From Heptranchias perlo (Eukaryota), in contig NW_027139260.1 in assembly GCF_035084215.1 (NCBI RefSeq), positions 1 through 64,000 on the forward strand: 64,000 bases of DNA, read 5' to 3'. Of the stretch, positions 1 to 15,000 are shown one piece after another. Numbering within the stretch: the first letter of the stretch is position 1; each line of letters opens with the position of its first letter. A model generated the notes under the pieces. The model did no database searches. It saw nothing but the letters and a program-made list of their open reading frames with translations, and was not told the origin of the DNA. The position numbers and the translations under genes were made by a program.

Positions 1-3000
1 TGAATCAGCACAGACTGGGGATCGGGGCCTTTACCCAGTAAACGGTCAGGGAATCAGCACAGACTGGGGATCGGGGCCTTTACCCAGTAAACGGTCAGGG
101 AATCAGCACAGACTGGGGATCAGGGCCTTAACCCAGTAAACGGTCAGGGAATCAGCACAGACTGGGGATCGGGGCCTTTACCCAGTAAACGGTCAGGGAA
201 TCAGCACAGACTGGGGATCGGGGCCTTTACCCAGTAAACGGTCAGGAATCAGCACAGACTGGGGATCAGGGCCTTTACCCAGTAAACGTCAGGAATCAGC
301 ACAGACTGGGGATCGGGCCTTTACCCAGTAAACGGTCAGGGAATCAGCACAGACTGGGGATCGGGGCCTTTACCCAGTAAACGGTCAGGGAATCAGCACA
401 GACTGGGGATCAGGGCCTTTACCCAGTAAACGGTCAGGGAATCAGCACAGACTGGGATCGGGGCCTTTACCCAGTAAACGGTCAGGGAATCAGCACAGAC
501 TGGGGATCGGGGCCTTGACACAGTAAACGGTCAGGGAATCAGCACAGACTGGGGATCGGGCCTTTACCCAGTAAACGGTCAGGGAATCAGCACAGACTGG
601 GGATCGGGGCCTTTACCCAGTAAACGGTCAGGGAATCAGCACAGACTGGGGATCAGGGCTTTACCCAGTAAACGGTCAGAGGAATCAGCACAGACTGGGG
701 ATCAGGGCCTTTACCCAGTAAACGGTCAGGGAATCAGCACAGACTGGGGATCGGGGCCTTTACCCAGTAAACGGTCAGGGAATCAGCACAGACTGGGGAT
801 CAGGGCCTTTACCCAGTAAACCATCAGGGAATCAGCACAGACTGGGGATCAGGGCCTTTACCCAGTAAACGGTCAGGGAATCAGCACAGACTGGGGATCA
901 GGGCCTTTACCCAGTAAACGGTCAGGGAATCAGCACAGACTGGGGATCAGGGCCTTTACCCAGTAAACGGTCAGGGAATCAGCACAGACTGGGATCAGGG
1001 CCTTTACCCAGTAAACGGTCAGGGAATCAGCACAGACTGGGGATCGGGGCCTTTACCCAGTAAACCGTCAGGGAATCAGCACAGACTGGGGATCGGGGCC
1101 TTTACCCAGTAAACGGTCAGGGAATCAGCACAGACTGGGGATCGGGGCCTTTACCCAGTAAACGGTCAGGGAATCAGCACAGACTGGGGATCGGGGCCTT
1201 TACCCAGTAAACGGTCAGGGAATCAGCACAGACTGGGGATCAGGGGCCTTTACCCAGTAAACGGTCAGGGAATCAGCACAGACTGGGGATCGGGGCCTTT
1301 ACCCAGTAAACGGTCAGGGAATCAGCACAGACTGGGGATCAGGGCCTTTACCCAGTAAACGGTCAGGGAATCCGCACAGACTTGGGATCGGGGCCTTTAC
1401 CCAGTAAACGGTCAGGGAATCAGCACAGACTGGGGATCAGGGCCTTTACCCAGTAAACCATCAGGGAATCAGCACAGACTGGGGATCGGGGCCTTTACCC
1501 AGTAAACGGTCAGGGAATCAGCACAGACTGGGGATCGGGGCCTTTACCCAGTAAACGGTCAGGGAATCAGCACAGACTGGGGATCGGGGCCTTTACCCAG
1601 TAAACGGTCAGGGAATCAGCACAGACTGGGGATCGGGGCCTTTACCCAGTAAACGGTCAGGGAATCAGCACAGACTGGGGATCGGGGCCTTTACCCAGTA
1701 AACGGTCAGGGAATCAGCACAGACTGGGGATCAGGGCCTTTACCCAGTAAACGGTCAGGGAATCAGCACAGACTGGGGATCGGGGCCTTTACCCAGTAAA
1801 CGGTCAGGGAATCAGCACAGACTGGGGATCGGGGCCTTTACCCAGGAAACGGTCAGGGAATCAGCACAGACTGGGGATCAGGGCCTTTACCCAGTAAACG
1901 GTCAGGGAATCAGCACAGACTGGGGATCGGGGCCTTTACCCAGTAAACGGTCAGGGAATCAGCACAGACTGGGGATCGGGGCCTTTACCCAGTAAACGGT
2001 CAGGGAATCAGCACAGACTGGGGATCGGGGCCTTTACCCAGTAAACGGTCAGGGAATCAGCACAGACTAGGGATCGGGGCCTTTACCCAGTAAACGGTCA
2101 GGGAATCAGCACAGACTGGGGATCGGGGCCTTTACCCAGTAAACGGTCAGGGAATCAGCACAGACTGGGGATCGGGGCCTTTACCCAGTAAACGGTCAGG
2201 GAATCAGCACAGACTGGGGATCGGGGCCTTCACCCAGTAAACGGTCAGGGAATCAGCACAGACTAGGGATCGGGGCCTTTACCCAGTAAACGGTCAGGGA
2301 ATCAGCACAGACTGGGGATCGGGGCCTTTACCCAGTAAACGGTCAGGGAATCAGCACAGACTGGGGATCGGGGCCTTTACCCAGTAAACGGTCAGGGAAT
2401 CAGCACAGACTGGGGATCAGGGCCTTTACCCAGTAAACCATCAGGGAATCAGCACAGACTGGGGATCGGGGCCTTTACCCAGTAAACGGTCAGGGAATCA
2501 GCACAGACTGGGGATCGGGGCCTTTACCCAGTAAACGGTCAGGGAATCAGCACAGACTGGGGATCGGGGCCTTTACCCAGTAAACGGTCAGGGAATCAGC
2601 ACAGACTGGGGATCGGGGCCTTTACCCAGTAAACGGTCAGGGAATCAGCACAGACTGGGGATCAGGGCCTTTACCCAGTAAACGGTCAGGGAATCAGCAC
2701 AGACTGGGGATCGGGGCCTTTACCCAGTAAACGGTCAGGGAATCAGCACAGACTGGGGATCGGGGCCTTTACCCAGTAAACGGTCAGGGAATCAGCACAG
2801 ACTGGGGATCGGGGCCTTTACCCAGTAAACGGTCAGGGAATCAGCACAGACTGGGGATCGGGGCCTTTACCCAGTAAACGGTCAGGGAATCAGCACAGAC
2901 TGGGGATCGGGGCCTTTACCCAGTAAACGGTCAGGGAATCAGCACAGACTGGGGATCGGGGCCTTTACCCAGTAAACGGTCAGGGAATCAGCACAGACTG

Positions 3001-6000
3001 GGGGATCGGGGCCTTTACCCAGTAAACGGTCAGGGAATCAGCACAGACTGGGGATCAGGGCCTTTACCCAGTAAACGGTCAGGGAATCAGCACAGACTGG
3101 GGATCGGGGCCTTTACCCAGTAAACGGTCAGGGAATCAGCACAGACTGGGGATCGGGGCCTTTACCCAGTAAACCATCAGGGAATCAGCACAGACTGGGG
3201 ATCGGGCCTTTACCCAGTAAACCATCAGGGAATCAGCACAGACTGGGGATCGGGGCCTTTACCCAGTAAACGGTCAGGGAATCAGCACAGACTGGGGATC
3301 AGGGCCTTTACCCAGTAAACGGTCAGGGAATCAGGACAGACTGGGGATCAGGGCCTTTACCCAGTAAACGGTCAGGGAATCAGCACAGACTGGGGATCAG
3401 GGCCTTTACCCAGTAAACGGTCAGGGAATCAGCACAGACTGGGGATCGGGGCCTTTACCCAGTAAACGGTCAGGGAATCAGCACAGACTGGGGATCGGGG
3501 CCTTTACCCAGTAAACGGTCAGGGAATCAGCACAGACTGGGGATCGGGGCCTTTACCCAGTAAACGGTCAGGGAATCAGCACAGACTGGGGATCGGGGCC
3601 TTTACCCAGTAAACCATCAGGGAATCAGCACAGACTGGGGATCAGGGCCTTTACCCAGTAAACGGTCAGGGAATCAGCACAGACTGGGGATCAGGGCCTT
3701 TACCCAGTAAACGGTCAGGGAATCAGCACAGACTGGGGATCAGGGCCTTTACCCAGTAAACGGTCAGGGAATCAGCACAGACTGGGGATCGGGGCCTTTA
3801 CCCAGTAAACGGTCAGGGAATCAGCACAGACTGGGGATCGGGGCCTTTACCCAGTAAACGGTCAGGGAATCAGCACAGACTGGGGATCGGGGCCTTTACC
3901 CAGTAAACGGTCAGGGAATCAGCACAGACTGGGGATCGGGGCCTTTACCCAGTAAACGGTCAGGGAATCAGCACAGACTGGGGATCGGGGCCTTTACCCA
4001 GTAAACGGTCAGGGAATCAGCACAGACTGGGGATCAGGGCCTTTACCCAGTAAACGGTCAGGGAATCAGCACAGACTGGGGATCAGGGCCTTTACCCAGT
4101 AAACGGTCAGGGAATCAACACAGACTGGGGATCAGGGCCTTTACCCAGTAAACGGTCAGGGAATCAACACAGACTGGGGATCAGGGCCTTTACCCAGTAA
4201 ACGGTCAGGGAATCAGCACAGACTGGGGATCGGGGCCTTTACCCAGTAAACGGTCAGGGAATCAGCACAGACTGGGGATCAGGGCCTTTACCCAGTAAAC
4301 CATCAGGGAATCAGCACAGACTGGGGATCGGGGCCTTTACCCAGTAAACGGTCAGGGAATCAGCACAGACTGGGGATCGGGGCCTTTACCCAGTAAACGG
4401 TCAGGGAATCAGCACAGACTGGGGATCAGGGCCTTTACCCAGTAAACGGTCAGGGAATCAGCATAGACTGGGGATCAGGGCCTTTACCCAGTAAACGGTC
4501 AGGGAATCAGCACAGACTGGGGATCAGGGCCTTTACCCAGTAAACGGTCAGGGAATCAGCACAGACTGGGGATCGGGGCCTTTACCCAGTAAACGGTCAG
4601 GGAATCAGCACAGACTGGGGATCGGGGCCTTTACCCAGTAAACGGTCAGGGAATCAGCACAGACTGGGGATCGGGGCCTTTACCCAGTAAACGGTCAGGG
4701 AATCAGCACAGACTGGGGATCGGGGCCTTTCCCCAGTAAACGGTCAGGGAATCAGCACAGACTGGGGATCGGGGCCTTTACCCAGTAAACGGTCAGGGAA
4801 TCAGCACAGACTGGGGATCAGGGCCTTTACCCAGTAAACCATCAGGGAATCAGCACAGACTGGGGATCGGGGCCTTTACCCAGTAAACGGTCAGGGAATC
4901 AGCACAGACTGGGGATCAGGGCCTTTACCCAGTAAACGGTCAGGGAATCAGCACAGACTGGGGATCGGGGCCTTTACCCAGTAAACGGTCAGGGAATCAG
5001 CACAGACTGGGGATCAGGGGCCTTTACCCAGTAAACGGTCAGGGAATCAGCACAGACTGGGGATCGGGGCCTTTACCCAGTAAACGGTCAGGGAATCAGC
5101 ACAGACTGGGGATCAGGGCCTTTACCCAGTAAACGGTCAGGGAATCCGCACAGACTGGGGATCGGGGCCTTTACCCAGTAAACGGTCAGGGAATCAGCAC
5201 AGACTGGGGATCAGGGCCTTTACCCAGTAAACCATCAGGGAATCAGCACAGACTGGGGATCGGGGCCTTTACCCAGTAAACGGTCAGGGAATCAGCACAG
5301 ACTGGGGATCGGGGCCTTTACCCAGTAAACGGTCAGGGAATCAGCACAGACTGGGGATCGGGGCCTTTACCCAGTAAACGGTCAGGGAATCAGCACAGAC
5401 TGGGGATCGGGGCCTTTACCCAGTAAACGGTCAGGGAATCAGCACAGACTGGGGATCGGGGCCTTTACCCAGTAAACGGTCAGGGAATCAGCACAGACTG
5501 GGGATCAGGGCCTTTACCCAGTAAACGGTCAGGGAATCAGCACAGACTGGGGATCGGGGCCTTTACCCAGTAAACGGTCAGGGAATCAGCACAGACTGGG
5601 GATCGGGGCCTTTACCCAGTAAACGGTCAGGGAATCAGCACAGACTGGGGATCAGGGCCTTTACCCAGTAAACGGTCAGGGAATCAGCACAGACTGGGGA
5701 TCGGGGCCTTTACCCAGTAAACGGTCAGGGAATCAGCACAGACTGGGGATCGGGGCCTTTACCCAGTAAACGGTCAGGGAATCAGCACAGACTGGGGATC
5801 GGGGCCTTTACCCAGTAAACGGTCAGGGAATCAGCACAGACTAGGGATCGGGGCCTTTACCCAGTAAACGGTCAGGGAATCAGCACAGACTGGGGATCGG
5901 GGCCTTTACCCAGTAAACGGTCAGGGAATCAGCACAGACTGGGGATCGGGGCCTTTACCCAGTAAACGGTCAGGGAATCAGCACAGACTGGGGATCGGGG

Positions 6001-9000
6001 CCTTCACCCAGTAAACGGTCAGGGAATCAGCACAGACTAGGGATCGGGGCCTTTACCCAGTAAACGGTCAGGGAATCAGCACAGACTGGGGATCGGGGCC
6101 TTTACCCAGTAAACGGTCAGGGAATCAGCACAGACTGGGGATCGGGGCCTTTACCCAGTAAACGGTCAGGGAATCAGCACAGACTGGGGATCAGGGCCTT
6201 TACCCAGTAAACCGTCAGGGAATCAGCACAGACTGGGGATCGGGGCCTTTACCCAGTAAACGGTCAGGGAATCAGCACAGACTGGGGATCGGGGCCTTTA
6301 CCCAGTAAACGGTCAGGGAATCAGCACAGACTGGGGATCGGGGCCTTTACCCAGTAAACGGTCAGGGAATCAGCACAGACTGGGGATCGGGGCCTTTACC
6401 CAGTAAACGGTCAGGGAATCAGCACAGACTGGGGATCAGGGCCTTTACCCAGTAAACGGTCAGGGAATCAGCACAGACTGGGGATCGGGGCCTTTACCCA
6501 GTAAACGGTCAGGGAATCAGCACAGACTGGGGATCGGGGCCTTTACCCAGTAAACGGTCAGGGAATCAGCACAGACTGGGGATCGGGGCCTTTACCCAGT
6601 AAACGGTCAGGGAATCAGCACAGACTGGGGATCGGGGCCTTTACCCAGTAAACGGTCAGGGAATCAGCACAGACTGGGGATCGGGGCCTTTACCCAGTAA
6701 ACGGTCAGGGAATCAGCACAGACTGGGGATCGGGGCCTTTACCCAGTAAACGGTCAGGGAATCAGCACAGACTGGGGATCGGGGCCTTTACCCAGTAAAC
6801 GGTCAGGGAATCAGCACAGACTGGGGATCAGGGCCTTTACCCAGTAAACGGTCAGGGAATCAGCACAGACTGGGGATCGGGGCCTTTACCCAGTAAACGG
6901 TCAGGGAATCAGCACAGACTGGGGATCGGGGCCTTTACCCAGTAAACCATCAGGGAATCAGCACAGACTGGGGATCGGGGCCTTTACCCAGTAAACCATC
7001 AGGGAATCAGCACAGACTGGGGATCGGGGCCTTTACCCAGTAAACGGTCAGGGAATCAGCACAGACTGGGGATCAGGGCCTTTACCCAGTAAACGGTCAG
7101 GGAATCAGGACAGACTGGGGATCAGGGCCTTTACCCAGTAAACGGTCAGGGAATCAGCACAGACTGGGGATCAGGGCCTTTACCCAGTAAACGGTCAGGG
7201 AATCAGCACAGACTGGGGATCGGGGCCTTTACCCAGTAAACGGTCAGGGAATCAGCACAGACTGGGGATCGGGGCCTTTACCCAGTAAACGGTCAGGGAA
7301 TCAGCACAGACTGGGGATCGGGGCCTTTACCCAGTAAACGGTCAGGGAATCAGCACAGACTGGGGATCGGGGCCTTTACCCAGTAAACCATCAGGGAATC
7401 AGCACAGACTGGGGATCAGGGCCTTTACCCAGTAAACGGTCAGGGAATCAGCACAGACTGGGGATCAGGGCCTTTACCCAGTAAACGGTCAGGGAATCAG
7501 CACAGACTGGGGATCAGGGCCTTTACCCAGTAAACGGTCAGGGAATCAGCACAGACTGGGGATCGGGGCCTTTACCCAGTAAACGGTCAGGGAATCAGCA
7601 CAGACTGGGGATCGGGGCCTTTACCCAGTAAACGGTCAGGGAATCAGCACAGACTGGGGATCGGGGCCTTTACCCAGTAAACGGTCAGGGAATCAGCACA
7701 GACTGGGGATCGGGGCCTTTACCCAGTAAACGGTCAGGGAATCAGCACAGACTGGGGATCGGGGCCTTTACCCAGTAAACGGTCAGGGAATCAGCACAGA
7801 CTGGGGATCAGGGCCTTTACCCAGTAAACGGTCAGGGAATCAGCACAGACTGGGGATCAGGGCCTTTACCCAGTAAACGGTCAGGGAATCAACACAGACT
7901 GGGGATCGGGGCCTTTACCCAGTAAACGGTCAGGGAATCAGCACAGACTGGGGATCAGGGCCTTTACCCAGTAAACCATCAGGGAATCAGCACAGACTGG
8001 GGATCGGGGCCTTTACCCAGTAAACGGTCAGGGAATCAGCACAGACTGGGGATCGGGGCCTTTACCCAGTAAACGGTCAGGGAATCAGCACAGACTGGGG
8101 ATCAGGGACTTTACCCAGTAAACGGTCAGGGAATCAGCATAGACTGGGGATCAGGGCCTTTACCCAGTAAACGGTCAGGGAATCAGCACAGACTGGGGAT
8201 CAGGGCCTTTACCCAGTAAACGGTCAGGGAATCAGCACAGACTGGGGATCGGGGCCTTTACCCAGTAAACGGTCAGGGAATCAGCACAGACTGGGGATCA
8301 GGGCCTTTGCCCAGTAAACGGTCAGGGAATCAGCACAGACTGGGGATCGGGGCCTTTACCCAGTAAACGGTCAGGGAATCAGCACAGACTGGGGATCGGG
8401 GCCTTTACCCAGTAAACGGTCAGGGAATCAGCACAGACTGGGGATCAGGGCCTTTACCCAGTAAACGGTCAGGGAATCAGCACAGACTGGGGATCGGGGC
8501 CTTTACCCAGTAAACCATCAGGGAATCAGCACAGACTGGGGATCGGGGCCTTTACCCAGTAAACCATCAGGGAATCAGCACAGACTGGGGATCGGGGCCT
8601 TTACCCAGTAAACGGTCAGGGAATCAGCACAGACTGGGGATCGGGGCCTTTACCCAGTAAACGGTCAGGGAATCAGCACAGACTGGGGATCGGGGCCTTT
8701 ACCCAGTAAACGGTCAGGGAATCAGCACAGACTGGGGATCGGGGCCTTTACCCAGTAAACGGTCAGGGAATCAGCACAGACTGGGGATCGGGGCCTTTAC
8801 CCAGTAAACGGTCAGGGAATCAGCACAGACTGGGGATCAGGGCCTTTACCCAGTAAACGGTCAGGGAATCAGCACAGACTGGGGATCAGGGCCTTTACCC
8901 AGTAAACGGTCAGGGAATCAGCACAGACTGGGGATCGGGGCCTTTACCCAGTAAACCATCAGGGAATCAGCACAGACTGGGGATCGGGGCCTTTACCCAG

Positions 9001-12000
9001 TAAACGGTCAGGGAATCAGCACAGACTGGGGATCAGGGCCTTTACCCAGTAAACGGTCAGGGAATCAGCACAGACTGGGGATCGGGGCCTTTACCCAGTA
9101 AACGGTCAGGGAATCAGCACAGACTGGGGATCGGGGCCTTTACCCAGTAAACGGTCAGGGAATCAGCACAGACTGGGGATCGGGGCCTTTACCCAGTAAA
9201 CGGTCAGGGAATCAGCACAGACTGGGGATCGGGGCCTTTACCCAGTAAACGGTCAGGGAATCAGCACAGACTGGGGATCGGGGCCTTTACCCAGTAAACG
9301 TTCAGGGAATCAGCACAGACTGGGGATCAGGGCCTTTACCCAGTAAACGGTCAGGGAATCAGCACAGACTGGGGATCGGGGCCTTTACCCAGTAAACGGT
9401 CAGGGAATCAGCACAGACCAGGGATCAGGGCCTTTACCCAGTAAACGGTCAGGGAATCAGCACAGACCGGGGATCGGGGCCTTTACCCAGTAAACGGTCA
9501 GGGAATCAGCACAGACTGGGGATCAGGGCCTTTCCCCAGTAAACGGTCAGGGAATCAGCACAGACTGGGGATCGGGGCCTTTACCCAGTAAACGGTCAGG
9601 GAATCAGCACAGACTGGGGATCGGGGCCTTTACCCAGTAAACGGTCAGGGAATCAGCACAGACTGGGGATCAGGGCCTTTGCCCAGTAAACGGTCAGGGA
9701 ATCAGCACAGACTGGGGATCGGGGCCTTTACCCAGTAAACGGTCAGGGAATCAGCACAGACTGGGGATCGGGGCCTTTACCCAGTAAACGGTCAGGGAAT
9801 CAGCACAGACTGGGGATCAGGGCCTTTACCCAGTAAACGGTCAGGGAATCAGCACAGACTGGGGATCGGGGCCTTTACCCAGTAAACCATCAGGGAATCA
9901 GCACAGACTGGGGATCGGGGCCTTTACCCAGTAAACCATCAGGGAATCAGCACAGACTGGGGATCGGGGCCTTTACCCAGTAAACGGTCAGGGAATCAGC
10001 ACAGACTGGGGATCGGGGCCTTTACCCAGTAAACGGTCAGGGAATCAGCACAGACTGGGGATCGGGGCCTTTACCCAGTAAACGGTCAGGGAATCAGCAC
10101 AGACTGGGGATCGGGGCCTTTACCCAGTAAACGGTCAGGGAATCAGCACAGACTGGGGATCGGGGCCTTTACCCAGTAAACGGTCAGGGAATCAGCACAG
10201 ACTGGGGATCAGGGCCTTTACCCAGTAAACGGTCAGGGAATCAGCACAGACTGGGGATCAGGGCCTTTACCCAGTAAACGGTCAGGGAATCAGCACAGAC
10301 TGGGGATCGGGGCCTTTACCCAGTAAACCATCAGGGAATCAGCACAGACTGGGGATCGGGGCCTTTACCCAGTAAACGGTCAGGGAATCAGCACAGACTG
10401 GGGATCGGGGCCTTTACCCAGTAAACGGTCAGGGAATCAGCACAGACTGGGGATCGGGGCCTTTACCCAGTAAACGGTCAGGGAATCAGCACAGACTGGG
10501 GATCGGGGCCTTTACCCAGTAAACGGTCAGGGAATCAGCACAGACTGGGGATCGGGGCCTTTACCCAGTAAACGTTCAGGGAATCAGCACAGACTGGGGA
10601 TCAGGGCCTTTACCCAGTAAACGGTCAGGGAATCAGCACAGACTGGGGATCGGGGCCTTTACCCAGTAAACGGTCAGGGAATCAGCACAGACTGGGGATC
10701 AGGGCCTTTACCCAGTAAACGGTCAGGGAATCAGCACAGACTGGGGATCGGGGCCTTTACCCAGTAAACGGTCAGGGAATCAGCACAGACCAGGGATCAG
10801 GGCCTTTACCCAGTAAACGGTCAGGGAATCAGCACAGACCGGGGATCGGGGCCTTTACCCAGTAAACGGTCAGGGAATCAGCACAGACTGGGGATCAGGG
10901 CCTTTCCCCAGTAAACGGTCAGGGAATCAGCACAGACTGGGGATCGGGGCCTTTACCCAGTAAACGGTCAGGGAATCAGCACAGACTGGGGATCGGGGCC
11001 TTTACCCAGTAAACGGTCAGGGAATCAGCACAGACTGGGGATCGGTGCCTTTACCCAGTAAACGGTCAGGGAATCAGCACAGACTGGGGATCAGGGCCTT
11101 TACCCAGTAAACGGTCAGGGAATCAGCACAGACTGGGGATCGGGGCCTTTACCCAGTAAACGGTCAGGGAATCAGCACAGACTGGGGATCGGGGCCTTTA
11201 CCCAGTAAACCATCAGGGAATCAGCACAGACTGGGGATCAGGGCCTTTACCCAGTAAACGGTCAGGGAATCAGCACAGACTGGGGATCGGGGCCTTTACC
11301 CAGTAAACGGTCAGGGAATCAGCACAGACTGGGGATCGGGGCCTTTACCCAGTAAACGGTCAGGGAATCAGCACAGACTGGGGATCAGGGCCTTTACCCA
11401 GTAAACCATCAGGGAATCAGCACAGACTGGGGATCGGGGCCTTTACCCAGTAAACGGTCAGGGAATCAGCACAGACTGGGGATCAGGGCCTTTACCCAGT
11501 AAACGGTCAGGGAATCAGCACAGACTGGGGATCGGGGCCTTTACCCAGTAAACGGTCAGGGAATCAGCACAGACTGGGGATCAGGGCCTTTACCCAGTAA
11601 ACGGTCAGGGAATCAGCACAGACTGGGGATCGGGGCCTTTACCCAGTAAACGGTCAGGGAATCAGCACAGACTGGGGATCGGGGCCTTTACCCAGTAAAC
11701 GGTCAAGGAATCAGCACAGACTGGGGATCGGGGCCTTTACCCAGTAAACCATCAGGGAATCAGCACAGACTGGGGATCGGGGCCTTTACCCAGTAAACGG
11801 TCAGGGAATCAGCACAGACTGGGGATCGGGGCCTTTACCCAGTAAACGATCAGGGAATCAGCACAGACTGGGGATCGGGGCCTTTACCCAGTAAACGGTC
11901 AGGGAATCAGCACAGACTGGGGATCGGGGCCTTTACCCAGGAGACGGTCAGGGAATCAGCACAGACTGGGGATCGGGGCCTTTACCCAGTAAACGGTCAG

Positions 12001-15000
12001 GGAATCAGCACAGACTGGGGATCGGGGCCTTTACCCAGGAGACGGTCAGGGAATCAGCACAGACTGGGGATCGGGGCCTTTACCCAGTAAACGGTCAGGG
12101 AATCAGCACAGACTGGGGATCGGGGCCTTTACCCAGTAAACGGTCAGGGAATCAGCACAGACTGGGGATCAGGGCCTTTACCCAGTAAACGGTCAGGGAA
12201 TCAGCACAGACTGGGGATCAGGGCCTTTACCCAGTAAACCATCAGGGAATCAGCACAGACTGGGGATCAGGGCCTTTACCCAGTAAACGGTCAGGGAATC
12301 AGCACAGACTGGGGATCGGGGCCTTTACCCAGTAAACGGTCAGGGAATCAGCACAGACTGGGGATCAGGGCCTTTACCCAGTAAACGGTCAGGGAATCAG
12401 CACAGACTGGGGATCAGGGCCTTTACCCAGTAAACGGTCAGGGAATCAGCACAGACTGGGGATCGGGGCCTTTACCCAGGAGACGGTCAGGGAATCAGCA
12501 CAGACTGGGGATCGGGGCCTTTACCCAGTAAACGGTCAGGGAATCAGCACAGACTGGGGATCGGGGCCTTTACCCAGTAAACGGTCAGGGAATCAGCACA
12601 GACTGGGGATCGGGGCCTTTACCCAGTAAACCATCAGGGAATCAGCACAGACTGGGGATCGGGGCCTTTACCCAGGAGACGGTCAGGGAATCAGCACAGA
12701 CTGGGGATCGGGGCCTTTACCCAGTAAACGGTCAGGGAATCAGCACAGACTGGGGATCGGGGCCTTTACCCAGTAAACCATCAGGGAATCAGCACAGACT
12801 GGGGATCGGGGCCTTTACCCAGTAAACGGTCAGGGAATCAGCACAGACTGGGGATCGGGGCCTTTACCCAGTAAACCATCAGGGAATCAGCACAGACTGG
12901 GGATCGGGGCCTTTACCCAGTAAACCATCAGGGAATCAGCACAGACTGGGGATCGGGGCCTTTACCCAGTAAACGGTCAGGGAATCAGCACAGACTGGGG
13001 ATCGGGGCCTTTACCCAGTAAACGGTCAGGGAATCAGCACAGACTGGGGATCGGGGCCTTTACCCAGTAAACGGTCAGGGAATCAGCACAGACTGGGGAT
13101 CGGGGCCTTTACCCAGTAAACGGTCAGGGAATCAGCACAGACTGGGGATCGGGGCCTTTACCCAGTAAACGGTCAGGGAATCAGCACAGACTGGGGATCG
13201 GGGCCTTTACCCAGTAAACGGTCAGGGAATCAGCACAGACTGGGGATCGGGGCCTTTACCCAGTAAACGGTCAGGGAATCAGCACAGACTGGGGATCAGG
13301 GCCTTTACCCAGGAAACGGTCAGGGAATCAGCACAGACTGGGGATCAGGGCCTTTACCCAGTAAACGGTCAGGGAATCAGCACAGACTGGGGATCGGGGC
13401 CTTTACCCAGTAAACGGTCAGGGAATCAGCTCAGACTGGGGATCGGGGCCTTTACCCAGTAAACGGTCAGGGAATCAGCACAGACTGGGGATCGGGGCCT
13501 TTACCCAGTAAACGGTCAGGGAATCAGCACAGACTGGGGATCAGGGCCTTTACCCAGTAAACGGTCAGGGAATCAGCACAGACTGGGGATCGGGGCCTTT
13601 ACCCAGTAAACGGTCAGGGAATCAGCACAGACTGGGGATCAGGGCCTTTACCCAGTAAACGGTCAGGGAATCAGCACAGACTGGGGATCGGGGCCTTTAC
13701 CCAGTAAACCATCAGGGAATCAGCACAGACTGGGGATCAGGGCCTTTACCCAGTAAACGGTCAGGGAATCATCACAGACTGGGGATCAGGGCCTTTACCC
13801 AGTAAACGGTCAGGGAATCAGCACAGACTGGGGATCGGGGCCTTTACCCAGTAAACCATCAGGGAATCAGCACAGACTGGGGATCAGGGCCTTTACCCAG
13901 TAAACCATCAGGGAATCAGCACAGACTGGGGATCGGGGCCTTTACCCAGTAAACGGTCAGGGAATCAGCACAGACTGGGGATCGGGGCCTTTACCCAGTA
14001 AACCATCAGGGAATCAGCACAGACTGGGGATCGGGGCCTTTACCCAGGAGACGGTCAGGGAATCAGCACAGACTGGGGATCGGGGCCTTTACCCAGTAAA
14101 CGGTCAGGGAATCAGCACAGACTGGGGATCGGGGCCTTTACCCAGTAAACCATCAGGGAATCAGCACAGACTGGGGATCGGGGCCTTTACCCAGTAAACG
14201 GTCAGGGAATCAGCACAGACTGGGGATCGGGGCCTTTACCCAGTAAACGGTCAGGGAATCAGCACAGACTGGGGATCGGGGCCTTTACCCAGTAAACCAT
14301 CAGGGAATCAGCACAGACTGGGGATCGGGGCCTTTACCCAGTAAACCATCAGGGAATCAGCACAGACTGGGGATCGGGGCCTTTACCCAGTAAACGGTCA
14401 GGGAATCAGCACAGACTGGGGATCGGGGCCTTTACCCAGTAAACGGTCAGGGAATCAGCACAGACTGGGGATCGGGGCCTTTACCCAGTAAACGGTCAGG
14501 GAATCAGCACAGACTGGGGATCGGGGCCTTTACCCAGTAAACGGTCAGGGAATCAGCACAGACTGGGGATCGGGGCCTTTACCCAGTAAACGGTCAGGGA
14601 ATCAGCACAGACTGGGGATCGGGGCCTTTACCCAGTAAACGGTCAGGGAATCAGCACAGACTGGGGATCGGGGCCTTTACCCAGTAAACGGTCAGGGAAT
14701 CAGCACAGACTGGGGATCAGGGCCTTTACCCAGGAAACGGTCAGGGAATCAGCACAGACTGGGGATCAGGGCCTTTACCCAGTAAACGGTCAGGGAATCA
14801 GCACAGACTGGGGATCGGGGCCTTTACCCAGTAAACGGTCAGGGAATCAGCTCAGACTGGGGATCGGGGCCTTTACCCAGTAAACGGTCAGGGAATCAGC
14901 ACAGACTGGGGATCGGGGCCTTTACCCAGTAAACGGTCAGGGAATCAGCACAGACTGGGGATCAGGGCCTTTACCCAGTAAACGGTCAGGGAATCAGCAC

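Noticed and set aside
1-1000. Excess single-base indel variants in the first satellite units
   Set aside because: These are mostly homopolymer shortenings concentrated at the window start, consistent with low-coverage contig-end errors.
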